A DNA stretch of 63,337 nucleotides, the filler included, from Actinomycetota bacterium (GTDB taxonomy: Bacteria; Actinomycetota; Acidimicrobiia; Spongiisociales; UBA4744), in assembly GCA_013152275.1 (NCBI GenBank). It is 3 parts of 3 records of this genome, joined end to end, with 100 filler letters (N's around TTAATTAATTAA, not from the genome) between each part and the next. Parts side by side here need not be neighbours in the genome. Positions count along the whole stretch, not along the records: positions 1 to 31,101 come from JAADGS010000020.1; 2 more parts are not named here. One strand, 5' to 3'. Of this stretch, positions 14,699-25,439 are shown one piece after another. The position numbers and the translations under genes were made by a program. Numbering within the stretch: position 1 is the stretch's first letter; every line of letters starts with the position of its first letter. Below the pieces are notes generated by a model, which saw only the letters and a program-made list of their open reading frames with translations, did not search any database and was not told where the DNA came from.

Positions 14699-15049
14699 TC
14701 AGAAGACAAGGACACGATCGGCGTGCAAGGTCCAGTCGGTCAACTCGTCCAGCGTGCCGCGGTGACATCCGTCGGCGAGCTCTTCGGCGCTGATGCCCCG
14801 GGCATCCATGCATGTTCCACACACGCCGACCGCGCCGCCCCGGCGGGTCACCGATCGGAGCATGCGTTCGAGGTTGTAGTAGCCCTGGGGCACCTTTTGC
14901 CCGGCTTTCGCACAGGCTGCGCCGTCGCCGAGGAGGAAAACCTGCACATGTTCGCCTTCTCGCCTGGCGATCGATCCGGCAAGGCGTAGCCCGTTGTAGC
15001 TGCGCTCGGTCCCGTAGGGCGGGTCGTTGAGAATGAACAGGACGTTCAT
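14699..15049 (-). CDS. DsrE/YchN-family sulfur relay protein
   Basis: NDPPYGTERSYNGLRLA and CGTCMDARG motifs; ATGA overlap with the upstream gene. Confidence 0.9.
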   Translation of the reverse strand: MNVLFILNDPPYGTERSYNGLRLAGSIARREGEHVQVFLLGDGAACAKAGQKVPQGYYNLERMLRSVTRRGGAVGVCGTCMDARGISAEELADGCHRGTLDELTDWTLHADRVLVF

Positions 15050-15738
15050 CCTTGCGGTTCCTTTCCCACGGCCACTGGCAGTCCCGCTTGGCGCCACTCG
15101 GGGAGCCCCTCCTCGAGACGCCGCGCCCGGAATCCGTGACGATGCAACAGCTCCAGAGCCTGGGGAGCAAGAACGCAATACGGTCCCCGGCAGTAGGCGA
15201 CGATCTCGGCGTCCCGAGGCAGACTCGCCAGCCTCCGCTCGAGTTCGTTGAGCGGCACTGAGATCGCTCCGGGAATATGGCCCGCCTCGTACTCCTCACC
15301 AGGGCGAACATCCAGCACGATCACATCGCCGTCGTCGGCGCGGGAGAGCAACTCCTCCTTTCCCACAGGGTCGAGTTCGTCCCGAGCCTCGAAGTAGTCG
15401 CGCATCACCTGGTCCACTTCCGCGTAACGATCCCTGGCCAGGTCACGAAGCGAGAAGAAAAAGCCGCACACCGTCTCGTCGGCCAAGCGATAGAAGACCC
15501 TCGTTCCCTCCCTGCGAGTCTCGACCAGCCGGGCTTCGCGAAGCACTCTCAGGTGGGCAGAAGTGTTCGTCACACCCATCGCCGCTGCCTTCGCCAGAAC
15601 CTCGACGCTTCTCTCACCCTGACAGAGAAGATCGAGCAGCTCGATGCGTTTCGAATTGGCAACCGCCTTGCCGATGCGAGCAAACTGCTCATAGAGACCG
15701 TCCTTGACCGCTCTGCCCGTCTTCAGCACGTGAACCAC
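15046..15738 (-). CDS. ArsR-family regulator fused to a rhodanese domain
   Basis: ArsR wHTH (RIELLDLL, SAHLRVL), then LDVRP..EY..GHIPGA and YCRGPYC. Confidence 0.92.
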   Translation of the reverse strand: MVHVLKTGRAVKDGLYEQFARIGKAVANSKRIELLDLLCQGERSVEVLAKAAAMGVTNTSAHLRVLREARLVETRREGTRVFYRLADETVCGFFFSLRDLARDRYAEVDQVMRDYFEARDELDPVGKEELLSRADDGDVIVLDVRPGEEYEAGHIPGAISVPLNELERRLASLPRDAEIVAYCRGPYCVLAPQALELLHRHGFRARRLEEGLPEWRQAGLPVAVGKEPQG

Positions 15739-15750
15739 ACTCCTTCACCG

Positions 15751-15768
15751 TTCTATAAAACTATAGAA
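15751..15768. promoter_or_regulatory. Inverted repeat; probable operator of the ArsR-rhodanese regulator
   Basis: TTCTATA-AAAC-TATAGAA, AT-rich, just upstream of the SD. Confidence 0.7.
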
Positions 15769-15826
15769 TACCAGTATATCGCGGGTGGCGAGTCGAGAAA
15801 GCTGTCCAAGAAACGAGTCCATCCCG

Positions 15827-16010
15827 ATGTGGGGATGGGACTGGGGTGCGGGATGGATGTTCCTGTGGATACGCCCTTGTGGGTTGGCGTGGTCCTCCTC
15901 ACTACGCGGGGGGTCACTCCTCTCCGACCTCACGATCCAAGGGTTTGGATTCCGAATCATCGCCTCGGCAGGCAAGAGTCTCATGGGAGGGCTCGTCCCT
16001 GAAGATCCGG
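15827..16010 (+). pseudogene. Frameshifted remnant of a small membrane protein gene
   Basis: MWGWDWGAGWMFLW continues as PLWVGVVLL in another frame. Confidence 0.35.
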
Positions 16011-16146
16011 GCACTCTGCGTTCGAGCCTTCTATTCCAGGCCACGCCCAGGCCGGCGAGTGGCGGTGGGTTTCTTGCATTCGGATGATGGCAACGGCACC
16101 GGAGCCCGCAGGGAAGCCGCGTTGGTCCGCACCTCTGCGCAACGAC

Positions 16147-16790
16147 ATGAACGCGCCCGAAGAAGGTGCCATGGCGATGACCGCCTGGTCGGCCGAGTCT
16201 GCCGGGGTGTCGTTCGTTGCCGGATTGGAGCTCGCGTGGGTCGCTCGTGCACTCGAAGACCCTCATGTGACGTCTGTAGCTCTCACCGAGACAGAGCTTG
16301 CGTTTGAGCAGGTGGGAGCGCTCACCAAGGTGGGGACCCCGGAGAGCGAGATCGATCCGGTCGAACGCGCCGCCGGGCTCCGCGTGGCACAGACACGGGC
16401 GCCGGTGCGACGGTTCCATCGGCATCGGCCGTGCATCCCAGCTCGTTCCGGTCCGGCCCCGCCGTCAGGTCGAAGGGCGTGACCAGGGTTGCCGGTGGCC
16501 CGGATGCGGGCGCACCAGCCGGACATAGGTTCGTCATCTCATCCAGTCGGCGAACGGCGGGCCCACGACGCTCGACAACCTGGCGACGCTCTGCGATCAC
16601 GGCATCGTCTCATCCAGGAGGGCGACTGGAGGATCGACCGTCGCCCCTCAGGGCACCTTCGGTTTACCTACAGCGACGGGGCGACCTTGACACCCGGACT
16701 GCACAGTTTGCGAAGCGACGTGCGGCGAAGACTCCTCTGCCCTGTCATCTCGGGGCAACCCGAACTCGTCGATACGGGATGGCAGCCGAC
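16147..16790 (+). pseudogene. DUF222-HNH endonuclease pseudogene
   Basis: VARALED..ALTKVGTPESE (DUF222), then RDQGCRWPGC..stop..GGPTTLDNLATLC and frameshifted HRLIQEGDWRI (HNH); middle deleted. Confidence 0.75.
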
Positions 16791-16803
16791 CGATCGACCG
16801 CAC

Positions 16804-17865
16804 TCAGTCGGTCGCCACCCTCGCCGCGATACGGTCGCCGATCTGTGCCGTCGTGGCGCCCATCTCGGGTCCGCTCATCGACCCAAGCTCGGACAGGACC
16901 GTACTCGCCGCCGATTCGACCGCACGGGCGGCATCGGTCTCACCCAAGGATGCCAGGCACATGGCGGCCGAGAGGACCGATGCGACCGGGTTCGCCCAAC
17001 CTCTCCCGGCGATGTCCGGCGCCGAGCCATGAACCGGTTCGAACATCGACGGGTGATCGCCGGGAGGGTTGAGATTGCCGCTGGCAGCCAATCCCATCCC
17101 ACCCTGGACGGCGGCCCCCAGGTCGGTGATGATGTCACCGAACAGGTTGTCGGTCACGACCACGTCGAACCGCTCCGGCTCCGTCACCAGGTAGAGGCAC
17201 ATGGCATCGACGTGGACGTAGTCGAGCGTCACCTCCGGGAAGTCTGCCGAAACCTCCTCCGCCGTTCTGGTCCACAGGTCGCCGGCGTAGACGAGGACAT
17301 TGGTTTTGTGACACAACGTCAGTCTTCCCTCGCGTCGCTCCGCCTCGGAGAACGCGTAGCGGACCACCCGTTCGACACCCCGGCGAGTGTTGATCGACTC
17401 TTGGGTTGCCACCTCGCCGGAGGTTCCCCTTCGCAGCGTCCCTCCCGCACCCACATAGAGCCCTTCGGTGTTCTCCCTGACCACCACGAGGTCGCAGCGG
17501 TCCGGAGTCAGGTCGGCGATCGGTGAAGGAACCCCCGGATACAGCTTCACGGGACGCAGGTTGATGTACAGGTCGAAGTCGAATCGGAGTCGTAGCAGCA
17601 GGCCCCTCTCGAGCACGCCGGGAGGAACATCGGGGCTACCGACCGCGCCCAGCAGGATGGCGTCGTGGTCGTCGAGCTCCGCCTCGATCGAGTCGGGGAG
17701 GACCTCTCCTGTCGCACGGTAGAGGGCGCTTCCCAGGTCGTACTCGGTGGTCTCGACGGCGAACGAGAATCGTTCCGCCGCCACCGAGAGGACTTTCAGT
17801 GCCTCGGCGGTGACCTCAGGTCCGATCCCGTCGCCTCCGATCACCGCGATTCGATGTTTGGCCAT
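16804..17865 (-). CDS. leuB: 3-isopropylmalate dehydrogenase
   Basis: [34 protein letters not shown]. Confidence 0.95.
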   Translation of the reverse strand: MAKHRIAVIGGDGIGPEVTAEALKVLSVAAERFSFAVETTEYDLGSALYRATGEVLPDSIEAELDDHDAILLGAVGSPDVPPGVLERGLLLRLRFDFDLYINLRPVKLYPGVPSPIADLTPDRCDLVVVRENTEGLYVGAGGTLRRGTSGEVATQESINTRRGVERVVRYAFSEAERREGRLTLCHKTNVLVYAGDLWTRTAEEVSADFPEVTLDYVHVDAMCLYLVTEPERFDVVVTDNLFGDIITDLGAAVQGGMGLAASGNLNPPGDHPSMFEPVHGSAPDIAGRGWANPVASVLSAAMCLASLGETDAARAVESAASTVLSELGSMSGPEMGATTAQIGDRIAARVATD

Positions 17866-17905
17866 GCTGTACCTTCCACGCAGGGATGAACGAGTGTACC
17901 GATGC

Positions 17906-19417
17906 TCAAACCTGCCAGGATGCCTTGTCGAGTGCCGATACGAACGCCTCCGCGGAGCCTTCGACCACGTCGGTGGAGACACTTCGTCCCGAGTAGGCAC
18001 CGTCCCCGACCCTGACCACGACATTCACCTCTGCCATGGCGTCCGCCCCGGAGGTCACAGGGACGACGCGGTAGTCGACGAGCGTCGCATCGAGATCGAA
18101 CGCCTGGCGAATCGCGGCGAAAGCCGCGTGCACCATGCCGTCCCCCTCGCCGGTGAACTCTTTCTCGGCTCCGTTCATCTTCAACCGCACCACTGCCCGA
18201 GGTGTGACCTCGTTGCCTCCGGCTACGTGGAGCCCGACAAGCTTCGTGGACTGCATCGGCTGGTGGACCTCATCCTCGATGATCGCCCGGATCTCGTCCT
18301 CGGTGATGTGGATCTTGCGGTCGGCGAGTTGCTTGAACCGCTCGAACGCCTTGCCGAACGCCTCGTCCTCCAGAGTGATCCCCATCTTGGTGAGCGTGTC
18401 GGCGAAGCCGGCCCTCCCCGAGTGCTTCCCCAGGATGATCTGGCCGCCCTCCTGGCCGACGGAGGCGGCGTCCATGATCTCGTAGGTGAGACGGTCCCGC
18501 AGGACGCCGTGCTGGTGGATGCCCGCCTCGTGTGCGAAGGCGTTGCGTCCCACGACCGCCTTGTTGTACTGGACCGGGTAGCCGGTGAGTCGCGAGACCA
18601 GCCGGGAGGTCTCGAAGATCTGGGTGCTGTCGGCTCCGACCGTGACGTTGAAGCGGTCGGATCGGGTCCGCACCGCCATGATCACCTCTTCGATCGAGGT
18701 GTTGCCTGCACGTTCGCCTATGCCGTTGATGGCCCCTTCGATCTGGCGGGCTCCGGCGGAGATCGCCGCCAGCGAGTTGGCCACGGCCAGCCCCAGGTCG
18801 TTGTGGCAATGGACCGAGATGATCACGTCGTCGTGGTCGTCTCGGACTTCCGCGTACACCCGGCGGATGAGCTCCGCAAAATCGGTGGGCAGCGCATAGC
18901 CGACGGTGTCGGGAATGTTGATGGTGGTTGCGCCTGCTGCGACCGCTGCCTTGCACACGGCGATCAGGAAGTCGGGGTCGGTTCGGGTGGCATCTTGTGG
19001 GCTGAACTCGACGTCATCACAGTAGCTCCGGGCTCTCTCCACACCCTCGGCCGACGCGGCGAGCACCTCGTCGGGCGTCATGCGCAGCATCTTCTCCATG
19101 TGTACCTGCGAGGTGGACATGAAGACGTGGATGCGGGCCTGGTCGGCGCCACGGAGCGCATCCCAGGCCTGGTCGATGTCGTCCGGGTGAGCCCGCGCCA
19201 GGCTGGCGATGACCGGTCCCCGTACGCTCTCGGCGATACGGGAGACGGCTTCGAAGTCGCCAGGGGAGGACGCTGCGAAGCCGGCCTCGATCACGTCGAT
19301 GCGCAGCTTCGCGAGCTGCTGGGCGATGGCTACTTTCTCATCTGGGGAAAGGGCGATCCCTGGTGCCTGTTCCCCGTCACGCAGGGTGGTGTCGAAGAGG
19401 ATCAAACGGTCGGACAT
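17906..19417 (-). CDS. leuA: 2-isopropylmalate synthase
   Basis: [25 protein letters not shown]-terminal regulatory domain. Confidence 0.96.
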   Translation of the reverse strand: MSDRLILFDTTLRDGEQAPGIALSPDEKVAIAQQLAKLRIDVIEAGFAASSPGDFEAVSRIAESVRGPVIASLARAHPDDIDQAWDALRGADQARIHVFMSTSQVHMEKMLRMTPDEVLAASAEGVERARSYCDDVEFSPQDATRTDPDFLIAVCKAAVAAGATTINIPDTVGYALPTDFAELIRRVYAEVRDDHDDVIISVHCHNDLGLAVANSLAAISAGARQIEGAINGIGERAGNTSIEEVIMAVRTRSDRFNVTVGADSTQIFETSRLVSRLTGYPVQYNKAVVGRNAFAHEAGIHQHGVLRDRLTYEIMDAASVGQEGGQIILGKHSGRAGFADTLTKMGITLEDEAFGKAFERFKQLADRKIHITEDEIRAIIEDEVHQPMQSTKLVGLHVAGGNEVTPRAVVRLKMNGAEKEFTGEGDGMVHAAFAAIRQAFDLDATLVDYRVVPVTSGADAMAEVNVVVRVGDGAYSGRSVSTDVVEGSAEAFVSALDKASWQV

Positions 19418-19419
19418 GG

Positions 19420-19585
19420 CAAACTCCTTGGCTCTCTCGTTGCCGGTGACTTCCGGCGCGGGACGTCGGCAGGCGGTGGCCTGCCTACCGGAGGGGCCGG
19501 GTCAGCCGATGAGGCTGCCCGGCCTGGGAAGCACGAGAAGCCTCCAACGGGGGAGTCGAGCCGTTTCAGCGCCCTGCACGTTCAC
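19420..19585 (-). promoter_or_regulatory. Candidate LEU-element-type leader: 27-aa Leu-rich uORF (19585-19502) plus hairpins upstream of leuA
   Basis: GTG overlaps the ilvC TGA; CTT CTC GTG CTT codons; hairpins 19495-19524 and 19468-19485; CCCCTCC anti-SD and AAGGAG SD. Confidence 0.6.
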
Positions 19586-20589
19586 TCCGGAGGCTGCTTG
19601 GGGTCGAGGAAGGGCATCATCTGGCGAAGGCTGCGTCCCACCTGCTCGATGAGGTGGTCGCGATCCTGGACACGACGCTCCAGGAGGAACGGGGCTCCGG
19701 CCCGGGCCTGGGACATCCACTCTTTGGCGAAGGCGCCCGACTGGATCTCTTCCAGCACGTCCTTCATCGCCGCTCTCGTCTGGTCGGTGACGATGCGAGG
19801 GCCACGCGTGTAGTCCCCATACTCCGCGGTGTCGGAAACGCTGTATCGCATCCACGAGAGGCCGCCCTCGAAGAGAAGATCGACGATCAACTTGAGTTCG
19901 TGGAGGGTCTCGAAGTAGGCGGATTCGGGTTGATACCCGGCCTCGACCAGAGTTTCGAACGACGCCTTGATCAGGGACGAGACGCCCCCGCACAGAATCA
20001 CCTGCTCTCCAAACAGGTCTGTCTCCGTCTCCTCCTTGAAGGTCGTCTCCAGAACCCCGGCCCTGGTCCCGCCGATTCCCCAGGCGTACGAGAGGCCCAG
20101 ATCGTGGGCGCCTCCGGTGGCATCCTGGTGAACGGCCAGGAGGCAGGGGACGCCCGAACTCTCCGTGTAGGTGCGGCGAACCAGATGTCCTGGGCTCTTG
20201 GGCGCCACCATCACCACGTCGACCTCTTCGGGGGGATGGATGAACCCGAAGTGGATGTTGAAACCGTGCGCGAACATCAGGGCGTCGCCCGGTTTCAGAT
20301 AGGGCGCCACCTCGGCGGCGTACAGGTCGGCCATCAACTGATCGGGCACCAGCAGCATGACGACGTCCGCCCAGGCGGCGGCGTCAGGGACGTTCATTAC
20401 CTGCAGCCCGGCTTCTTCGGCCTGCGCCCGGCTGCTCGAGTCGGGGCGGAGGCCGACGACGACATCGACGCCGGCTTCGTGCAGGTTCAGCGCATGGGCG
20501 TGCCCCTGGCTTCCGTAGCCGATCACCGCCACCTTTCGGCCCCTGATGATCGACGGGTCGCTGTCTTTGTCGTAGTAGATGGTGGCCAT
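19582..20589 (-). CDS. ilvC: Ketol-acid reductoisomerase
   Basis: [33 protein letters not shown]. Confidence 0.97.
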   Translation of the reverse strand: MATIYYDKDSDPSIIRGRKVAVIGYGSQGHAHALNLHEAGVDVVVGLRPDSSSRAQAEEAGLQVMNVPDAAAWADVVMLLVPDQLMADLYAAEVAPYLKPGDALMFAHGFNIHFGFIHPPEEVDVVMVAPKSPGHLVRRTYTESSGVPCLLAVHQDATGGAHDLGLSYAWGIGGTRAGVLETTFKEETETDLFGEQVILCGGVSSLIKASFETLVEAGYQPESAYFETLHELKLIVDLLFEGGLSWMRYSVSDTAEYGDYTRGPRIVTDQTRAAMKDVLEEIQSGAFAKEWMSQARAGAPFLLERRVQDRDHLIEQVGRSLRQMMPFLDPKQPPE

Positions 20590-20597
20590 GTTCCCTC

Positions 20598-21119
20598 TCA
20601 GCCGATCGCGCGCAAGCTTGCGCTGTTGTTCTTCACTTCTCGGGCCATCGCTATCCGTCCGGATGTTACGAGGTCGGTGATTCCGTAGGGGCGGACCAGG
20701 TTCAGGAAGTCTCTGAGCTTGGTCGAATCACCCGTGACCTGAAAGGCGATCGTCGCGGGGCCGACATCGACGGCTATCGCCTTGAAGATCGCAGCCACCT
20801 CCAATACCTCGCCTCGGCGGCTGGAAGGAGCGCTGACGCGCACGATCATGATCTCGCGCTCGAGGGACTGCTCAGGGTCCAGTTCTGCGATCTTCACCAC
20901 GTTGATCAGCTTGTGCAGCTGCTTCTTCACCTGTTCCAGTTCCGGAGCTTCGACAACGATCGTCATGAGCGCCGTGCCATCGTCTCTGGCGGGTCCGACG
21001 GCCAGCGAGTGGATGTTGAACCCGCGGCGGGCCAGCAACAGCGATACCCGCGCCAACACTCCTGGCCGATCCTCGACCAGCACCGACAACGTGTGTTGTA
21101 TCTGCATGGAATTGCTCAC
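20598..21119 (-). CDS. ilvN: Acetolactate synthase small subunit
   Basis: [23 protein letters not shown] domain; GTGA overlap with the ilvB stop. Confidence 0.95.
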   Translation of the reverse strand: MSNSMQIQHTLSVLVEDRPGVLARVSLLLARRGFNIHSLAVGPARDDGTALMTIVVEAPELEQVKKQLHKLINVVKIAELDPEQSLEREIMIVRVSAPSSRRGEVLEVAAIFKAIAVDVGPATIAFQVTGDSTKLRDFLNLVRPYGITDLVTSGRIAMAREVKNNSASLRAIG

Positions 21120-22858
21120 GGTTGCATGTCCAATCTCGGGATACCGTTCGGGTCTTGCTTGACGATCGTGTCCGGACCGATCATCACCTCGTCGTTCGTC
21201 CCTCCGGCACGCACCATCGGGAACACCATTTCGTCCGGATCGACGACGAACTCGACCACCACCGGCCGATCGTCGATCGCCAGCGACTTCTCGATGACCG
21301 GGGCGACTTCCTCGGGTGTTTGGGCACGCAGCCCCACACAGCCCATCCCCTCCACCAGCTGGACGTAGTCGACCTTGTCGCCGAGCAGAGTGGCCGAGAA
21401 ACGCCCGGAGTAGAAGAGCTCCTGCCACTGTTTCACCATCCCGTGGGCGCCGTTGTTCATGATGGCGATCTTCACGGGGATCTGCTCCGTGGCGGCGGTG
21501 ATCAGTTCCTGAAGCGTCATTTGGAAGCAGCCGTCGCCGTCGATGGCATACACGAGTTCGTCGGGCATGCCTGCTTTGGCGCCGACGGCGGCCGGAACCG
21601 CAAACCCCATGGTGCCCAGCCCTCCCGAGTTGATCCACCGGCGCGGCTCGTCGAACTTCCAGAACTGGGATGCCCACATCTGGTGCTGTCCGACTCCCGA
21701 GACCAGGATGGCATCGCCTCCGGTCAACCGGTAGAGCTCCTCGATCACGTACTGGGGCTTGATCGGTCCGTCCGGCTGCTGGTCGTAGTGCAGCGGGTAC
21801 TCGCGTCGCCAGCCGTCCAGGACCGTCAACCAGGATGTCCGATCGGGGACCTCTCGGTCGCCCCATTCGTCGAGCAGCTGACCCAGCACCCGCCGGGCGT
21901 CTCCGACGATCGGGACGTCCGCCTTGCGAACCTTGCCGATCTCGGCAGGATCGATATCTGCGTGGATCACCTTGGCGTGGGGAGCGAACGAAGCCGGGTC
22001 GCCGGTGACACGATCGTCGAACCTGACACCGATCGCGATCAACAGGTCGGCTTTCTGAATGGCGGTGGTCGCCGTGTAGGTTCCGTGCATGCCCGACATC
22101 CCGAGGGCGAGCGGATGGTGGTCCGGGAAGGCGCCACGCCCCATCAGGGTCGTCACGACCGGAAGGTTGGCCGCCTCGGCCAGCCGGCGCACCTCCTCGT
22201 GGGCGCCTGCCTTGATGATCCCGCCGCCGACGTACAGCACCGGGCGCGTGGCCGAAGCGATCAGCGACACGGCTTCCTTCGCCTTGCGGTAGTGCCCTTC
22301 CGATTTTGGCTTGTAGCCCGGCAGGTGTATCTCCTGAGGCGTGTGGTTTGTGGTCAGACCGGCCAGCACATCTTTGGGGATGTCGATCAGGACCGGGCCC
22401 GGCCGTCCGGTGGCCGCGATGTGGAACGCCTCATGGACCGCGTCGGCGATATCGTCCGGGTTGGTCACAAAGTAGTTGTGCTTGGTGGCGGACATCGTGA
22501 TACCGACCGTGTAGGCCTCCTGGAAGGCATCGTTGCCCACCGAGCGGGTGGCGACCTGACCAGTGATCGCGACCAGCGGAACCGAGTCGATCAGGGCGTC
22601 GGCGAGCGGTGTGACCAGGTTCGTGGCACCCGGGCCCGAAGTGGCGATGCATACCCCGACCTTGCCGGTGGCCCAGGCGTAACCCTCGGCCATGTGGCCG
22701 GCACCCTGCTCGTGGCGGGCGAGGATGTGGCGGATCGGGCTGTCGTAGAGCGGGTCGTAGGCGGGGAGGATCGCACCGCCGGGGACGCCGAACACAATGT
22801 CTACACCTTCCGACTCGAGGGAGGTGATAAGGACTTCGGCTCCGGTTCTCTTGGTCAA
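21116..22858 (-). CDS. ilvB: Acetolactate synthase large subunit
   Basis: [30 protein letters not shown] ThDP motif. Confidence 0.97.
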   Translation of the reverse strand: MTKRTGAEVLITSLESEGVDIVFGVPGGAILPAYDPLYDSPIRHILARHEQGAGHMAEGYAWATGKVGVCIATSGPGATNLVTPLADALIDSVPLVAITGQVATRSVGNDAFQEAYTVGITMSATKHNYFVTNPDDIADAVHEAFHIAATGRPGPVLIDIPKDVLAGLTTNHTPQEIHLPGYKPKSEGHYRKAKEAVSLIASATRPVLYVGGGIIKAGAHEEVRRLAEAANLPVVTTLMGRGAFPDHHPLALGMSGMHGTYTATTAIQKADLLIAIGVRFDDRVTGDPASFAPHAKVIHADIDPAEIGKVRKADVPIVGDARRVLGQLLDEWGDREVPDRTSWLTVLDGWRREYPLHYDQQPDGPIKPQYVIEELYRLTGGDAILVSGVGQHQMWASQFWKFDEPRRWINSGGLGTMGFAVPAAVGAKAGMPDELVYAIDGDGCFQMTLQELITAATEQIPVKIAIMNNGAHGMVKQWQELFYSGRFSATLLGDKVDYVQLVEGMGCVGLRAQTPEEVAPVIEKSLAIDDRPVVVEFVVDPDEMVFPMVRAGGTNDEVMIGPDTIVKQDPNGIPRLDMQP

Positions 22859-22911
22859 GGTTCGGCCCTTTCAGTGACTGGGCGGGCAGGGCGCCAGGGT
22901 GGTCGGGGTGC

Positions 22912-22937
22912 AAGAAACCCTCCGTTGCGGGAGGGTT
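22912..22937 (-). terminator. Attenuator terminator hairpin upstream of ilvB
   Basis: On the - strand AACCCTCC-CGCAAC-GGAGGGTT followed by TCTT. Confidence 0.8.
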
Positions 22938-22971
22938 GGGGAACGCACACACCGGGCTTGGGGCGTGTGCG

Positions 22972-23004
22972 TTACATAAGTACGAGAATGTAGTTGTGAT
23001 TCAT
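22972..23004 (-). CDS. ilvB operon leader peptide MNHNYILVLM
   Basis: ATT CTC GTA CTT (I-L-V-L) codons; followed by hairpin 22942-22973 and the terminator. Confidence 0.8.
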   Translation of the reverse strand: MNHNYILVLM

Positions 23005-23014
23005 TGCCGTAAGG

Positions 23015-23043
23015 AACATACGCGTCGGTGTCGACATTGTCAA
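23015..23043 (-). promoter_or_regulatory. Sigma70-type promoter of the ilvB operon
   Basis: TTGACA-17 nt-TATGTT, 10 nt upstream of the leader ATG. Confidence 0.75.
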
Positions 23044-23093
23044 CCACAGACCTCATGTCGCCCGCTGTGACTTCGACGCGTATGATCTCCGCC

Positions 23094-24761
23094 ATGGCAC
23101 GCAAGATCCACTCCCAAGACGTCACCGAGGGTTCCTCCAAGGCAGGCGCCCGGGCCATGCTCCGGGCGGTCGGCCTCACCGATGAGGACTTCACCAAGCC
23201 GCAGATCGGGTTGGTGTCGGCCGGAAACGAGGTTACGCCGTGCAATCTCAGCGGGCCACGCCTCTCCAAGCGCGCCAAGGAGGGTGTGCGCGACCGGGGA
23301 GGAGTCGGCCTGGTGTTCGCCACCATCGCCGTGTCCGACGGGATCGCCATGGGCCACGAGGGGATGCGTGCCTCCCTCGTGTCCCGGGAAGTGATCGCCG
23401 ACTCGGTCGAGCTGGTCATGCACGCCGAACGTTTCGACGGCATGGTCACCATCGCCGGCTGCGACAAGTCGCTTCCCGGGATGCTGATGGCGGCCGCCCG
23501 AACCAACCTGCCGAGCGTCTTCCTCTACGGAGGGTCGAGCCTGCCGGGACGCTGGCGGGGAAAGGACATCTCGATCGTCGACGTGTTCGAGGGGATCGGC
23601 GCGTTTTCGGAAGGGACCCTCACCAAAGAGGAACTGCTCGACATCGAGCGTCACGCCTGCCCAGGGGAGGGCTCCTGCGCGGGAATGTTCACAGCCAACA
23701 CGATGGCCTCGGTCGGTGAGGCGATCGGCATGTCGTTGCCCGGCTCGGCGGCGGTCCCCGCCCCTGATCCACGTCTCGACGAGTTCGCCGTGGCTTCGGG
23801 CAAGGCGGTGATGGCGCTGCTCGAGGCGGACATCCGACCTCGACAGATCATGACCCGACCGGCGTTCGAAAACGCCATCACCACCGTGATGGCCTTGGGT
23901 GGTTCCACCAACGCCGTACTCCACCTGCTGGCCATCGCCCATGAGGCCGGAGTCGACCTGACGCTCGAGGACTTCGATCGTATCTCGCGCCGGACACCCC
24001 ACATCGGCGATCTCAAACCCTTTGGGCGTTACCACATGGTCGACCTGGACCGGATCGGCGGGGTGCCGGTGGTTCTCAAGGTGCTGCTCGACGCCGGGCT
24101 GCTGGAGGGTGACGTTTTGACCGTGACCGGTGCGACCATGGCCGAGAACCTGGCCGGTGTCGAGGTTCCAGACGGCCAGGACGTGCTGGCTCCGGTGGAT
24201 CGTCCGTTGGCCGCCGAAGGGGGCATCGCCGTGTTGCGCGGCTCGCTCGCCCCCGGTGGAGCGGTCGTCAAGGTCGCCGGAGTGGAACTCGATTCGTTCG
24301 AAGGCCCTGCCCGGGTGTTCGATGGAGAGCAGGGGGCCCTCGATGCCCTGTTCAAACATCGGATTCTGCACGGAGACGTTGTCGTCATCCGCACCGAAGG
24401 GCCCAAGGGAGGGCCCGGGATGCGCGAGATGTTGCAGATCACGGCGGGGATCAAAGGTGCAGGGTTGGGCAAGGATGTGCTCCTCATCACCGATGGTCGT
24501 TTCTCCGGTGGCACGACCGGGCTGTGTGTCGGGCATGTTGCTCCCGAATCCGAGGTGGGTGGGCCGCTGGCGCTGGTCGAGGAAAACGACCGTATCCGGG
24601 TCGACCTTCCCGGTCGCACACTCGATCTTCTGGTGGATGAGGAAACGCTGGCCCGGCGGCGGGTGCTCTGGAAGCCCCATGCGCCTCGGTATCCCTCCGG
24701 GGCACTGGCCAAGTATGCAAAGCTGGTGGGTTCTGCCGAACAGGGCGCCGTCACCGGCTGA
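23094..24761 (+). CDS. ilvD: Dihydroxy-acid dehydratase
   Basis: [38 protein letters not shown]. Confidence 0.97.
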   Translation: MARKIHSQDVTEGSSKAGARAMLRAVGLTDEDFTKPQIGLVSAGNEVTPCNLSGPRLSKRAKEGVRDRGGVGLVFATIAVSDGIAMGHEGMRASLVSREVIADSVELVMHAERFDGMVTIAGCDKSLPGMLMAAARTNLPSVFLYGGSSLPGRWRGKDISIVDVFEGIGAFSEGTLTKEELLDIERHACPGEGSCAGMFTANTMASVGEAIGMSLPGSAAVPAPDPRLDEFAVASGKAVMALLEADIRPRQIMTRPAFENAITTVMALGGSTNAVLHLLAIAHEAGVDLTLEDFDRISRRTPHIGDLKPFGRYHMVDLDRIGGVPVVLKVLLDAGLLEGDVLTVTGATMAENLAGVEVPDGQDVLAPVDRPLAAEGGIAVLRGSLAPGGAVVKVAGVELDSFEGPARVFDGEQGALDALFKHRILHGDVVVIRTEGPKGGPGMREMLQITAGIKGAGLGKDVLLITDGRFSGGTTGLCVGHVAPESEVGGPLALVEENDRIRVDLPGRTLDLLVDEETLARRRVLWKPHAPRYPSGALAKYAKLVGSAEQGAVTG

Positions 24762-24818
24762 CGCACCACGACCGGGGGGCCCCGACGTCGAAGAGGCCGC
24801 GAACCCGGAGGCGGCTGG

Positions 24819-25439
24819 TCACAGACGGGGCATGAATGCGGGTCGGCCGTGCTCGAACGCATCGATATCGCTGCTGTGGCGCAGCGTGATGTCGATATCG
24901 TCGAGACCGTTCAGGAGGCGGTATTTGATGAACGGGTCGATCTCGAAGTGTGCCTTGAACGATCCCTGTTCGTGGGGCGTTGCGACGCCGATCGTCTGAC
25001 CGGCGAGGTCGATCGTCGCCTCGAGCGAGGGGTCGGCCTCGGCAAGGTCTATCAGCCGGTGTGTCTCGTCCTCGGAGAGTTGGACAGGGAGCAGACCGAT
25101 CTTGGTGCAGTTGTTGTAGAAGATGTCGGCAAAGGAAGGTGCCACGATCGCCTGGAAACCCCAGTCCATCAGTCCCCAGGGTGCGTGCTCGCGCGACGAG
25201 CCGGATCCGAAATTCGCCCCTGTCAGCAAGATGCGGGCGTCTCGATACTCTGGACGGTTGATGACGAACTCGGGGTCGAGCTCACCGTCCGGTCTGCGCC
25301 GCCAGTCATGGAAGAGGAACTCTCCGTAGCCGGTGCGCTCCACTCTCTTCAAGAACTCCTTCGGCATGATCTGGTCGGTGTCGACGTTGACCCGTGGCAG
25401 TGGCAGCATCGTGCCGACGATGCGGTCGATCGGTTCCAT
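24819..25439 (-). CDS. leuD: 3-isopropylmalate dehydratase small subunit
   Basis: NVDTDQI, NFGSGSSREHAPW. Confidence 0.97.
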   Translation of the reverse strand: MEPIDRIVGTMLPLPRVNVDTDQIMPKEFLKRVERTGYGEFLFHDWRRRPDGELDPEFVINRPEYRDARILLTGANFGSGSSREHAPWGLMDWGFQAIVAPSFADIFYNNCTKIGLLPVQLSEDETHRLIDLAEADPSLEATIDLAGQTIGVATPHEQGSFKAHFEIDPFIKYRLLNGLDDIDITLRHSSDIDAFEHGRPAFMPRL

